This document shows, one piece after another, positions 24,632 to 36,930 of a DNA stretch of 64,000 bases; position 1 is the first letter of the stretch, and every line of letters begins with the position of its first letter. The position numbers and the translations under genes were made by a program. This DNA is from Hemiscyllium ocellatum (lineage: Eukaryota). Under the pieces are notes generated by a model that worked only from the letters and a program-made list of their open reading frames with translations, had not been told where the DNA came from and made no database searches. The stretch covers positions 3,720,001 to 3,784,000 of the forward strand of contig NW_026867487.1 of NCBI RefSeq assembly GCF_020745735.1, given 5' to 3'.

Positions 24632-26453
24632 GCAGATGTTCTTAGTTGGTAGGATTAGGGAAAACCAAAAAGCTTTCTATAGGTATGTTAGAAATAAAAG
24701 AATGACTAGGGAGGAATAGGTCCAGTCAAGGATAGTAGTGGGAAGTTGTGTGTGGAGGCTAAAGAGATTGGGGAGACACTGAATGAATACTTTTCGTCAG
24801 TATTCACTCAGGAATAGGACATTGTTGCCGATATGAATATTGAGTCACAATTAATTAGAATGGATGGCTTTGAGGTATGTAGGGAAGAGGTGTTGGAAAT
24901 TCTGGAAAGGGTGAAAATAGGTAAGTCCCCTGGGCCTGATGGCATTTATCCTAGGATTCTCTGGGAAGCAAGGGAGGAGATTGCAGAGCCATTGGCCTGG
25001 ATTTTTATGTCCTCGTTCTCTACAAGAATAGTGCAAGAAGACTGGAGGCTCGCAGATGTGGTTCCCTTGTTCAAGACGGGGAGTAGGGATAACACTAGTA
25101 TCTATTGGCCGGTGAATCTCACTTCTGTTATGGGTAAAGTCTGAGAGAGAATTGTAAGGGATAGGATTTATGAACATCTGGATAGGAATAATGTGAACAA
25201 GGATAGCCAGCATGGTTTTGTGAAGGGCAGGTCTTGCCTCACAAATCTTATTGAATTCTTTGAGAATGTGACGAAGGAGGTGGACGAGGTTAAAGCGGTA
25301 GATGTGGTGTATATGTATTTTAGTAAGGCGTTTGATAAGGTTCCCCATGGTAGGCTACTGCAAAAAATACGGAGGTATGGCATTGAGGGTGAGTTGGATG
25401 TTGGATTAGGAATTGGCTGGCCGGAAGAAGACAAAGGGTAGTAGTTGATGGTAAAGGTTCATCTAGGAGTGCAGTTACTCTCGGTTTTCCACAAGGACCG
25501 GTTTTTGGACCATTGCTGTTTGTCATTTTTATAAAGGCTAGAAGGTTGGGTGAGCAAGTTTGCAGATGATACGAAAGTCGGTGGAGTTGTTGACAGTGAG
25601 GAAGGATGTAGCAGGTTACAGCGGGATATAGATAAGCTGCAGAGCTGGGCAGAAAGATGGCAAAAGGAGTTCAAAGTAGGTAAGTGTGAAGTGATTCACT
25701 TTGGTAAGAGTAACAAGAAGATGGGGTACTGGGCTAATGGTTGGATACTTGGTGGTGTGGATGAGCAGAGGGATCTTGGTGTCCATGTACACAGATCTCT
25801 GAAAGTTGCCACCCAGGTGAATAGTGCTGTGAAGAAGGCATATGGCGTACTGGCTTTTATTGGTAGAGGAAATGAGTTCCGGAGTCCTGAAGTCATGTTG
25901 CAGTTGGATAAGACTCTGGTGCGGCCGCATCTGGAGTATTGTGTGCAGTTTTGGTCGCCATACTGTAGGAAGGATGTGGAGGCATTGGAACGGGTGCAGA
26001 GGAGGTTTACCAGGTTGTTGCCTGGTATGGTCGAAAGATCGTATGAGGAAAGGCTGAGGCACTTGGGGCTGTTTTCATTGGAGAAAAGAAGGTTTGGCGG
26101 GGGGACCTGATATAGGAGTACAATATGATTAGGGGTTTCGATAGGGTTGACAATGAGAACCTTTGTCCACGTATGGAGTCCGCTATTAAGAGGGGGCATA
26201 GCTTTAAATTAAGGGGTGGTAGGTATAGGATAGATGTTTGGGGTAGATTCTTTACTCAGCGAGTCATGAGTTCATGGAATGCCCTGCCAATAGCAGTGGT
26301 GGACTCTCCCTCTTTATGGGCATTTAAACGGGCATTGGATAGGCATATGGAGAATAGTGGGTTAGTGTAGGTTAGGTGGGCTTGGATCGGCGCAACATCG
26401 ACGACCAAAGGGCCTGTACTGCGTTGTATTTTCCTATGTTCTATGCTCTATGT
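24632..26453 (+). mobile_element. 5'-truncated CR1 LINE (best-preserved copy, about 1.8 kb, with stops and frameshifts)
   Basis: ORFs give KSPGPDGIYPRILWE, QHGFVKGRSCLTNLIEFF, FSKAFDKVPH, SKFADDTKVGG, LVRPHLEYCVQFWSP. The tail AAAGGGCCTGTACTGCG...TATGTTCTATGCTCTATGTT ends at about 26453. Confidence 0.93.
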
Positions 26454-26467
26454 TTAATCATTTTTAC

Positions 26468-26792
26468 GGGCGGCATGGTGGCTCAGTGGTTAGCACAGTT
26501 GCCTCACAGCACCAGGGTCTTCGGTTAATTTCCCGAATGTCTGTGTGGAGTTTTCACATTCTCCCTGTGTCAGTGTGGGTTTCCTTAGAGTGCTCCGGTT
26601 TCCTCCCACAATCCAAGCATGTGCACGTCTGGTGAATTGGCCATGCTAAATTGCCCACAGTGTTAGTTGCGTTAGTCAGGGGTAAATATAGGGGAGGGGA
26701 ATGTGTTTGCTTGGGTTTCTCTTTGGAAGGGCATTGCAGACTTTTAAGGCCGAAGGGGCTGTTTCCACACTGTGGAGAATCTAATCTAATCT
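26468..26792 (+). mobile_element. tRNA-derived SINE (HE1-like)
   Basis: A box TGGCTCAGTGG, conserved central block, CR1-like tail GGCCGAAGGGGCTGTTTCCACACTGT and (AATCT)n end. Confidence 0.88.
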
Positions 26793-27251
26793 GTGCCAAC
26801 TTTAGAGGATAAAGTCTAAAGGTATCTTACTTAACTGGAACAGCATTTCCTACATCTGCATCAAGCAGATTTTTTTTAATTTTCTTGCTTGTTCCTATCC
26901 ATCTTCCCACGTGATTGTAATGTCTTTTTCAGATGATTTTCTTCTGGAAGGTAACACAACTATTTGCCAAATTTTTGAGAATTTCCTCTTTATGCAATTA
27001 AATCTGAGGAATGCCCAACTCAGAAACATCTGAACTTCGTTCTTCACTCTATTTAAGAGCAATACCACACACTCTTCTTACTTTCCAGACGCATCAAAAT
27101 ACCTTTTGAGCATATTCACATGGCAAATACTGTGATATTTCTTCCTATCTGGCCTACTGGCTAATCTTGGAGCTCAGTCTATTTCGTTTCAATTTAAATC
27201 GTATCTTTTAAAGGTTCACATAGGACTGGATGCGGCCCTAGCTCTTTATAT

Positions 27252-27901
27252 TGTTATGGACTAGGTGTAATCATTCAAAACATTCTTAAGCAGGCAGCCA
27301 GAGAATTAACTCTGCAATTTATTTTGGTAATTGTACAGTGAAAATTACCCAGTGTCAGGTAGCTCTGGTAATTGCTACATTTTAAAACAGACAACAGTTT
27401 TAATCGCAAAAATACACAATGAAACAGGAAGAACAAAATAAAGAACTCCTGGAGAATCCAACCTATCCTGCTCGACTTAATTATGCTGTTGCGTAGATAC
27501 ACAACAGTTCCAATAAGCAAACTCCCTTTAAAAAGCAGAATAAACGGAACACATGTTTACACGTTCAAGTTGAAGGGCAGAAAAGGCAGAGAGTTTTCAC
27601 ACAGCTCCCTGTTGAACTTCTCAGTTCAAGACTGAACTGAAAACTGCTCAGCTCAGGTCAGCTCAGCTAACTAGAGAGCTGAACACTCCCGTCTCTTTAT
27701 ACACATCACTTATAAAGCATGACCAATTTGGCCTCAAGTTTCATCTGTTTACATATAAGCGAAATCCTTTTCATGTCTGTACCAAACTCGAGTGATCAGA
27801 ATCCGGCACGCTTTATTGCTCCTCTGAAAACTTCAAGGACAAAGTCTCCTTGAGCCAAGGAAGAGCTTTTAGGAAAAAAAAATGGGACAAGCTTTGTGAC
27901 A
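27252..27901 (-). mobile_element. Probable 3' LTR of the adjacent Gypsy element
   Basis: Bounded by TGTTATG... and ...TGTGACA (TG...CA), and lies directly downstream, on the minus strand, of the integrase remnant. Confidence 0.5.
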
Positions 27902-29720
27902 GTCTCCATCAGCCAAAGTGCAAATTTTTGATGGCTGATCAGCTTCCTGTTTTATCCCATGCTGTGCTACTTTCAAATGCAGTGTAGCGTACTCACTCAG
28001 TCTGCTTTATATTTCCGTAAAATTTCAAACATCGTCCAGATATGTGGTGTCTGAACTCTGACTCATTATTTTCTACTTAATTAGTTTCAGTTTTTCTCTA
28101 ATCTCATGCCCCACACCTCATACAAATGAAATGAGTTAACGTGATTCAGTCGATTCTTGCCTAATTGTAAGAAGTACAAATCGGATTCCATACCTCTAGT
28201 TCACTTTAAAGTTTAGACTAAAGGCCCTCATCATTGTCTTCAACGTTTTATGCCACCGTTCCTCTGTTCCAAACCAATCTGGATGCTATGCAGTGGATTT
28301 CTTGCTTTATTCCTAAGCTTTTCATAAATTCCTTGAAAGAAACTGAATGGACCGTTTGACCCTCTGTCTGCTTCCAACTCTGTCGGATGTCCGTATCTAG
28401 TAAAGAAATTGAGTAATTATTCGACAATTCAGAGAGCCGTAATACACTGTAATAGAATACCCTCTGAAAATCTAATATTCATTATGTTCAACAAATACCG
28501 GTTCTCGCATTGTATTTCTGGTAGACAACCAATGCAATCATTTAAGATTCTTCTAAAATGTTACTCAAATGGGGGATTAGGTATTGAGGGCATTGGAGTT
28601 GATCATGTCTGAGGTTTTCTAATGATCTGAATAGCCAGCGAAATTAACCATACTTTTTTGTTTGTAGCACAGGGGAATTTTGCATTTTGGCTTGAGGTTT
28701 TCTACTCACAACTGGACTCTGCTGGGTAATTCATGTGTTACATGAAATACCCCCTTTTGAAATCCCATCAGTGATGGATGAATGCCTGCCCAACTCTAAT
28801 CCCCCTGAATATGTGATCGTCTCTATTTCCTCATCAAAACTGTATTTTTGAATAGTAACTGACAGGCCTCTATGAACGCTCACGTCACCAAACCACGTTT
28901 TATTCGCATGTGCACAGTATATGACACTGGTCCAATTAAGACAGACCCGGCTTTTGGAGTGAACAGGATCTCTTAAATGACTGTATATATCTGCCAGGCA
29001 AGGTTCCTTGATTAAATCAGATTGCCAGCCGATTCGTGGAACTCATATTCTACGGAATCCATCTGACTGACTTCGTTCCAATCACCACAGTAAGTTTCAG
29101 GGATTGTATCAGATTCCTTTTCTATCTTTGCTTTTGAGACGACTGTTTAAGTTTTTTTCATTTCTTCCGGTGTATTTCAGCTAATTTCTCCGAAACAGAT
29201 ATGTTCATTTGTCTTCTATAAACTTTTGTTCTCTTCTTCTCTCATGCATTTGATCCAACATGTTCCTGATAACCGACCTTCAATTTTCTTATGTTTATTT
29301 CTTTTTTTCTCCTCTTGTTTCAAACTGTGGCTTTGTGACCTTGTAACCACGCATGCAGAGAAAATCCCAAAATATACCTCCTGTACACCTCAGTTGCCTG
29401 ACCTTTCAATGGCTCTTCAACCGTAGTAGACATCACTCCCATTTGTGATCCAACTATATTATCAAGGATAAACAGTGTTTAGGGAAAAGAGAACTGCTCT
29501 ATCATTCCTGCAAACACTTCAGCACTTTTCACCAGAATCTCCAAACACAATATTCCATGCATCACCACCTTATTCAGCAATGCTTTGTCTGAGTTACAAA
29601 TCGCCCCATCTTTCACCATCAAAGAGTGACTTGATACTTTTAAAATATTTTTGGGATTTACCTGCTGCTCCTGGTATATGCGAGTAAACCCTACCCAGAA
29701 AAATAACTTAATTAAAGAGA
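27902..29720 (-). mobile_element. Decayed Ty3/Gypsy internal region, Gmr1-like order (protease then integrase)
   Basis: Minus-strand remnants in order: protease-like KNILKVSSHSLMV...KVVMHGI (about 29450-29700); IPE.YYSKNTVLMRK*RRSHIQ; QIIRKPQ; integrase core FFTRYGHPTELEADRGSN...FKEFMKSLGIKQ...ERWHKTLKTMMRA (about 28210-28410). Confidence 0.75.
28860..29089 (-). mobile_element. 230-bp solo LTR nested in the Gypsy remnant
   Basis: Ends are TG...CA, with an internal TATA-like GATATATACAG and AATAAA on the minus strand. Flanks GTAAC / GTAAG form a 5-bp TSD with one mismatch. Removing the element rejoins the host IPE-YY motif. Confidence 0.7.
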
Positions 29721-29749
29721 TCTCGCACTTTGTACTTGCATTGCTGTAT

Positions 29750-30130
29750 GAATCCATTATGCTACGACAAAGCAACCCGCTTGATCACAACATCCAGAAA
29801 TTCTCACTCCATCCACAATGACATTCAGACGTTCATTATCAGCAGTATTCCATGTGCAACAAGCACTGAAGAAATTCTGCAAAGATCCTGAGACAGCGTC
29901 TTCCAAAGCAATGGTTCTGATGATCAGAAAGACAAGGGCATCAGTAAGATGCCAAAGGTCATCACTTGAAAATTCTCTTCGAAACCTCTCACCAACCTGA
30001 CTTTGAAACATATTGTCATTCGTTCAGTGTCCCCGGGTCAATGGCCTAAAATCTCTCCCTGGCAGCAAAGAGACTCTACCTACACCATATGACCGACAGA
30101 GCCTGAAGAATGTAACTCGCAACCACGTTC
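29750..30130 (+). mobile_element. LINE 3' fragment (L2/CR1-group family)
   Basis: GCAACCCGCTTGAT...AAAGATCCTGAGACAGCGTCTTCCAAA...GGGTCAATGGCCTAAAATCTCTCCCT. The same family occurs at 38290-38960. Confidence 0.55.
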
Positions 30131-30984
30131 TTAAACTCAAATACGTATGGGGAACAAATTGTCACCTCGGCATCATTGCCAGCATCTTACGAAATACACA
30201 GCGAGCACGGTGGTCTTTGAAACAATTGGCAATGGTTCTTGGATTATGGTTCAATGAAATTTGACTTTCATTTTTTGCATTGATTGAATTCTAATCCATA
30301 AAATATGAGTATTAGTTTGGCTGTCTGTATTATTGGATTTGCGTTGGTAAAAGAGTTTCGATTTTGTAATAGTCAATCCTTCTTTGGGAGACTGACTGCC
30401 GTCACAGCACAATAATATATTTGGTGGACCCATCCGAATCAGTCAAACGTATGATTATCCTCTCTCCTCCCGTTTTCCTCATAGGTAATCTTCAATTCGG
30501 CAGGGCGTCCTTGTCTTGGAATCAAACACCGATTGATCGGTTTGCTGGCCATCTGGAATTGAAATTCCTGCAAGGAATTATATCCAATGGCAACCTAAAT
30601 TTTGTTGAGATTATTAAATGTTTTACTTGTTCGAAGTCATCCGTTTATTAAGAAAACATTGAAAGGAAGCGGGTACTGTTAGATCATCTAACTGACTTTT
30701 GAAATTGAAATAAAACAATTGTTTTATTCTTGTGTCACTGCACTCCTTCTCCTTATGGACAGTGAGGGGTATGGATAGGGGGAGGTTGAGAGAGACCGAG
30801 AGGTAGGGAGACTGATACATTATTTTATCGTGCCTTTCAAGATGAAAAAAAAACAATTAATTCTCCTCGTGCAAATTATTAGACAAAAAACGTAAAAGCT
30901 GGCAGGAGTAGGTAATGCAATGCATAAGTCTACTCAACAATATGCTCATGATTCATTTCAGATAGGCCTGAAGATCACTCTCAT

Positions 30985-31335
30985 TTCTCCTACCTCACTT
31001 TATCTCAGTTCCAACCTTCCAACTTAGTACTGTCCTCATGACCTGTCCTACCTGCCAATCTCCCTTCTCACCTATCTGCTACACCCTCTCCTCTGACCTA
31101 TCATCTCAATCCCCACCCCTCATTCACCTATTTAACTCTTTACTACCTTCTCGCCAGCCCCCTCCACCCCTTTACCTCTCCACCCTGAGGCTTCCTGCCT
31201 CTATTCCTGACGAAGGACTTATGCCCAAAACGTCGATTTTCCTGCTCCTTGGGTGCTGACTGACCTGCTGTGCTTTTCCAGCACCGCTCTGTTTTAAACT
31301 CTGGTTTCCAGCATCTGCAGTCCTCAGTTTTGCCT
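30985..31335 (+). mobile_element. Penelope-like 3' UTR and tail with G12A-mutated hammerhead
   Basis: A pyrimidine-rich tract precedes ATTC-CTGACGA-AGGACTTATGCCC-AAAACGTC-GATT (about 31203-31238), followed by CCAGCATCTGCAGTCCTCA. Confidence 0.65.
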
Positions 31336-31399
31336 CAAGTTCACTCTCCTGTGCGGTGCTCTTTAACTCATTATTAAATATTTGTCTACCTCCTCAAAT

Positions 31400-32130
31400 T
31401 TATTTCGTCAAGGCATCTACTCCACTCAGGATTCCCCAGATTCATGTCCCTTTGAGAGAACTGATAATTCCACTTCGCTTTAAAGGTGTCACCCCGAGGT
31501 CTAAAACTACAACCTGTTGTTCTACTTTATCCCACAACGTGAAACATCCACTCTGCCTTCACGTGGTCAGTCCCAGCTGATGTCTTCCAGATCCCAGTTA
31601 CATCTATTTTGATTCTACTAAATTATATTGAATAGAGATCGAAACTGCGCACTTTCTCCTCATATACATATATTTAATCACTGAATTAATCTGATTATAA
31701 CATCCTTGAATTGTTTACAAAGCAAGTACAGTTTTCCTCACGTAAGTGCAACATATCTGTACGCAGTACTCCACATTTGGTCTCACCAGAGTCGTGTATC
31801 TTGGCTGCAACACTTTTCGACTTTCCTACTCCATTCTTTTCGAAATAAATACAATCAATTCTATCCAATCTCCTTAGTAGCTGCTGTATCTGCACACTGG
31901 TTTTCTGCCACTGATGCTCGAGGGTTATTATGTTCACCGTTTTGTTACAGAAGCTCTTTTATGCGATAGTGTGACATTTCGAATGAAGAGCTGAAGCATA
32001 GACCAATCTGTTTTCGCTGCAGATTTGCTTACATTTTTGATAGGAACATTTCACCGTTCGAGTTCCCAGCATATGATCCGACATTCCGAATCAAAAATGT
32101 TTGATGAAGGTTTCATCGATCCATGGAGCA
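31400..32130 (-). mobile_element. Decayed CR1 LINE 3' fragment
   Basis: Reverse-complement CR1 wording (CAGTACTCCACATTTGGTCTCACCAG, CTTAGTAGCTGCTGTATCTG). Confidence 0.55.
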
Positions 32131-32529
32131 AGGGAAACATTTAACAACTCGCACTATTAAATCTGTTTGACTGTCAGATGCTGCAGCCTGTCACTGTACA
32201 CTAAGACAGAGAGAAACAAATACTTGGGAATCCAAGAGCAGAAATTATTAACCTTGGACTGTGAAGTGTACAATCCCATCGTTCTTTGGAATTTCAGAGA
32301 GACACAAGGGATTTTATTTTTAGCGATAATATGCAAGGCTTTTCTTACATACAATTGCACAAAATGACATTTTTCTCTTGCGACAAATGAAAATATTTCA
32401 TCATTCACTGCACATTTAACCATACCAAATCCAAAACGCTTTGCATTTGGTTCTATTGTGCTTTCCTTGTGCTTTCTTCTAAAAGTACACTTGAACGAAG
32501 TCCACTTGATAACATTGTCTGTCCTCTCT

Positions 32530-32840
32530 ACCCTGGCAACGTTTATTACGAGTCATAGTTACAGGATATAGAGAAAATCTATTTATACCTGAGATACGAA
32601 GGAATTTCTTCTGGAAGACCGCAGTGAAGGTCTGGAATTCTTCATCCTGAGACCTATGGAGGGATGTCACTTGAAACATTTAACAAGAGGCAAGTGATTT
32701 TTTGAAGTATCATGGAATTTATAGGTCAGACAAAATGGTAGAAAACAGGAATGAGATGTCGTCCAGATGTGATCTTATGAATTGCGAAACAAGGAAGGCT
32801 AAATTGTCGGAATGGTCCATCTGTGTTCTTATTTATTATG
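32530..32840 (+). mobile_element. CR1 LINE 3' fragment
   Basis: GAAGGAATTTCTTC...GTGAAGGTCTGGAATTCTTC...GAAACATTTAAC matches the CR1 RNFF...WNSL region. Confidence 0.5.
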
Positions 32841-33500
32841 ATCTGAACTTGTTCTGAATGACATGAACTCAGGAGATCGGGATTACTCAATGAAGGGATC
32901 GATTTGATTTGCTCACCTAATCAAAGTAAATTCTGGTGATGGTACGTATTTCATGATTATGGAGATTACAAATCTTCAATTCCTATGGACACCAGTGTAC
33001 AACTATATAAATATCGAGATATAAAAGTGAATGTAATCAGTGGAAATAAATAGATTGTGACATGTATGCATAATAAAACTGTGTTGAATAAATTAAGAGA
33101 TGTTGTTGTACAGATTAGAAGGAAAGGAAAGCAAGTTTATGAGGGACTGCAAATGTTATCACCTCTGTGTACCAGGGGAATATGATTAGGGGAAGCAATA
33201 CACTGTGTTTCGGTGGACTGAAGGAGTCCAAGGCTATCTTAAGTAATGACAACATTGTCGAGAATGCCAGAACTCTCATTATGTGATGATGGCGCAATGT
33301 GACAGAGTGTGGTCGGTCTGTACAGACGTATCCACGCCGTTATGTGAATCATTTGCAAAGGACTAGCTTTTCCCAGACAAACTGACAGAAATGTTTAAAC
33401 ATTCATTTGGCTGAGTTTCAGAATCTTACAACTGTTACTACAGGTGAAGTGCACAGAAGCATTTTAAACGTGATTTTCTCTAATCAGTTGAGCAGCACAC

Positions 33501-33713
33501 AAAGAAAGAAAAAATCGAGAAAGAAAGAAAGGAACACATAAAGAACTGAAGAGCAAAAGGAAGGAAGAAAGAAGGAAACAAAGAAAGAAAGACAGAAAGA
33601 AAGAAAGAAGGGAAGCAAGAAAAGAAGGAAGGTAGGAAGAAACGAAGGAAGGTAGAAAGGAAGGAAGGAATAACGGAAGGAAGAAAAGAAGAAAAGAAAG
33701 AAGGAAGAAAGAA
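33501..33713. repeat. Purine-rich (GAAA/GGAA)n low-complexity tract
   Basis: About 210 nt, almost entirely A/G on the plus strand. Confidence 0.95.
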
Positions 33714-33789
33714 TACCCCCATCTCCGGGAATTAAACACAATTAGCCTTCTATTTCTCACAACTTCAGGATCTTAAATGCAGAACTTCC

Positions 33790-36039
33790 TTATTCCGGTG
33801 TGAGAGAAAAGAGAGTTGCGCACGGAGCAATTGTAATGCAAGAAGAATGAGTTTTTTTTTGTGTACTAAAGAAACGACTTGCAATGGTGAAGGGACACAT
33901 TATCACATACTTCATCTGCTCTCTGAACTTGGACTGAGACACAGCGTAAATTAAAAGGTTGTTGCAAGAACTGAGTAATTGGAGCACTTTCGTAGTCTCT
34001 TGAAGGATGTATTGAGGGTCATTAAAATTCAAACTGTTGAAATAGGCATCGCCTTTAATTCGCACATATAGAAAATAAATGACATACGTGATCCAAAGAA
34101 GAAGAAAGCTGAGGGAGATGGCAAAAAGAAGCACAATGGACTTCTTTCGGTTGGCTATTTCTTGGTCTTCACCCTTCTGAGTTCGTTGGAGCCTCTTGCG
34201 GGCTTGGCTGGCTGCAAGGATGTGTCTTACGGTCAAGGCATTGAGTAGTAGAATGAGGAGAAAGGGTGAAAAAGGAGTTAATATCCGGTCCAACCAATCG
34301 TAGGCCTGCCAATCGGGCGAGGAATAGGAGATGGATTTAATATCACAGAACCAGGGGACCTCGTCCAGAACGTATAAAGGCTGGTATATGAAGTAATAAG
34401 GAATATTCTTCATGAGGCTTAGGGCACAGATAATTCCCATGACTTGCAAAGCGGTTTTGTCAGTGCAGTATCTTGTTTTCAGGCTGTGGGAGCAGATGGC
34501 CACAAAACGGTCGATGGTAAAAGCCACTGTCAACCAAACGGAGCCATCCCGTGTGACATGGACGAGCACGGCACTCAGGCTGCATGCCGGGGTTGTAGAC
34601 AGTACACTGTACCTGAAGTAGATTCTGGGGATCCGGTTGAGTAAGCAACCTGTGGCGATGACAAGGAAATCAGCCACCGCTATGGCCACCAAATCGAAAG
34701 TGATACACCGGGAGAGTCCACACCGCCCTCGGGATAGAATTATGATTGCTATGAAGTTGGCTGTGAGAGATAAAGAGAGACATTACCAAAGGATCTCGAA
34801 ACATCAGTTACTGCTTCCTCCAATCTGTTACCATGGCACCCTTGCTGCGCCAAGAGGCACAAAACTTTACTTCATACCAGTTTTACCACTGCACTGAGTT
34901 ATTTCTTCTCCCACTCCATCAGATTGTCAATTCTAATACTCACAGCCTTCACTGCACATTCCTCCTATTGATCAGCTCTTGACAACCAAAGAATAAGCTA
35001 CAATTATCAGAAATCGAAAAGTGCCTCCAATGCTGCCCTTATGTGCATGCATGTTGACGATTGCCTCAATGATGTTTCCGATGTTGGTTTTGAAGTGGTG
35101 AAAACCGTTGAATCCATTCACCACCCCCCAACATCTCCCCATACCAGCTGACTTACTGCCTCAGTTGCTCAAATTCTCCATCTCCATCTCTCCGTTTGCG
35201 GTGCTGCATTCAACCCAATTCCATTATCATTTATTTCACTTTCTTTTCCAATTTCTTTTGATGTCATTTTGTGTCATGTTTATCTTCCTTTAGAAAACAG
35301 ATCTCTCGAAATATTCCTACTGCCGGCATAATTCGTGGTTGAGGAAAGTAATGCAACTCCATTGATGATGAAAACAATTGACGGACAATAGATATTGATA
35401 TTTCCAGAAACAACAAAAATCCCAGCTTTCACCAAAATGCTGTTGTCCGAAATAATATCCAAATCCATTAGGTTTCCACACAAAAACAAGACAAATGCGA
35501 GATCATTTAATGCACCTCAAACATTTTCATAGTTGATTCTTGATATCATATTATAAATTAGCCTTTCATTAACAATTCAATACTCTCCTCCTAATATTTT
35601 CTCACAGCACTGCCGTTTCCTGCAATATTATTGAATGTCATGTTCAGTATTCACACCGATGAAGTCATGCAATTGTACTAATTGCACTTTGTCTTTCCAT
35701 TTCCGCATAGACTATTGAACCACAATTTCGCGTTGTAAAGTGTATCATAATCATACATTGCTTCATAGTTCATTTTGAGTAAATGTAATGTAATTTACTA
35801 GAGTGTAACGGCATGTGGGTATAATTCGTATAAATATCAGAATCAGCTGAAATATCTTATGGTCAGACAGAGCTGGATGTTTCCTTAAGTAAAGTCGCGT
35901 TCTAAAAGGGATTCTTTTTTTCCTTTTGACAGAAACAAAATCAAAATATAGTTTAAATCCATCACCTACCTGGCATGTCAATAACAGCGAGAAGTATGTA
36001 GTATATAGCATAGAGAAAACCATTTGCTGGACCATGCAT
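33790..36039 (-). CDS. Class A GPCR, GPR139/GPR142-like (gene 2), 346 aa; complement(join(33790..34760,35970..36039))
   Basis: Exon 1 MHGPANGFLYAIYYILLAVIDMP+G ends at donor GTAGGT (35969). The acceptor TTTATCTCTCACAG (34761) gives ANFIAIIILSRGRCGLSRCITFDLVAIAVADF, in frame with ORF 33790-34692. DRF, WFC and SSCNNLLIY motifs are present and there are no stops. Confidence 0.9.
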
Positions 36040-36112
36040 CGTCTTTTTGGAAAATAATGGCGTTATCCAAGTTGTGCCACTTGTTTCTGATACACTTTCT
36101 AAAGATCTCTCA

Positions 36113-36188
36113 TTTATTCTGCATGAGTATCTCCAGAGGGGTTAATTATGACAGAGCTCTTTACATCCATTCAACAAACAAACAAATT
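36113..36188 (-). promoter_or_regulatory. Shared proximal promoter module of GPCR gene 2
   Basis: Minus strand: AATTTGTTTGTTTGTT (36188-36173), AATTAACCCCTCTGGAGAT (36147-36129), 10 nt, AATAAA (36118-36113), then 73 nt to the ATG. Confidence 0.6.
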
Positions 36189-36506
36189 AGCTTGCAGTTT
36201 CATGCCTTTAATGTCTAACATTGCAAAGGGATACGCAGCAGTTCTTTTTTTTGTTTGTGGCTGGAGAACTGATAATACATTCAGCAGCCACATTAATTCC
36301 GCTGTTGATAATGAGTTGTGGTCGATCTCAAATAAAAAAAACCGTGTTTTCTCATCTCTGACCAGTTCAAAATTATTTTGTATCTTTTAGATATCATATT
36401 AATTATATTGTTCTTGCTGGTGATACAATCTTAAGTACACACACACACACGTGCGCACGCACACAGACATACACCCATGCACGCACACACTTGATCTGTT
36501 TCAATG

Positions 36507-36930
36507 TATAAGAATGCTACCTAGTATGGAGGATTTGAGCTACAGTGAGAGGCAGATTAGGTAATAGAGTATGGATATTTTACCAGGAACATTGGAGTCC
36601 AAGAGGTGTCTTTACAGAAGTTTATAAAATCAAGAGGGCTTGGAGAGGGTCTTGTTCCCAGTTTAGGGATGTCCCAAACTAGAATCCACAGCTTAAAGGT
36701 GAGAGGGGAAAGATTTAAAAGAGACATGAAAGGTAACTCATCCATACAAGCCTGCTTCGTGCGTCGAATGAACAGCCACAGGAAGTGGTCGAGTTTGATG
36801 CAATTGCAATGTATAAAAAGCATCTTGATGAGTATATGAACAGAAAGGGTTTCACGGGACCCTGCCCAAATGGAACGAGACTAATTCAGAACATCATGCT
36901 GGCATGGATGTGTTGGTTCCGATTCCATAC
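36507..36930 (+). mobile_element. CR1 LINE 3' fragment
   Basis: GGAGGATTTGAGCTACAGTGAGAGG...AAGGTGAGAGGGGAAAGATTTAAAAGAGAC... is typical CR1 3'-end wording. Confidence 0.65.

Noticed and set aside
24833-26110. Active reverse transcriptase gene
   Set aside because: The element is 5'-truncated and split into three ORFs by stops and frameshifts.
23069-26453. Head-to-head CR1 pair as one twin-primed inverted insertion
   Set aside because: Each has its own, different 3' tail, the RT regions overlap in content, and about 450 bp of unrelated sequence separates them. Two independent insertions.
33464-33760. F/L/S-rich 'membrane protein' ORFs
   Set aside because: These are translations of the (GAAA/GGAA)n tract.
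34412-34897. Plus-strand ORFs overlapping GPCR gene 2, and minus ORFs 20053-20262, 47802-48002 and 16085-16348
   Set aside because: Antisense shadows of real coding exons.
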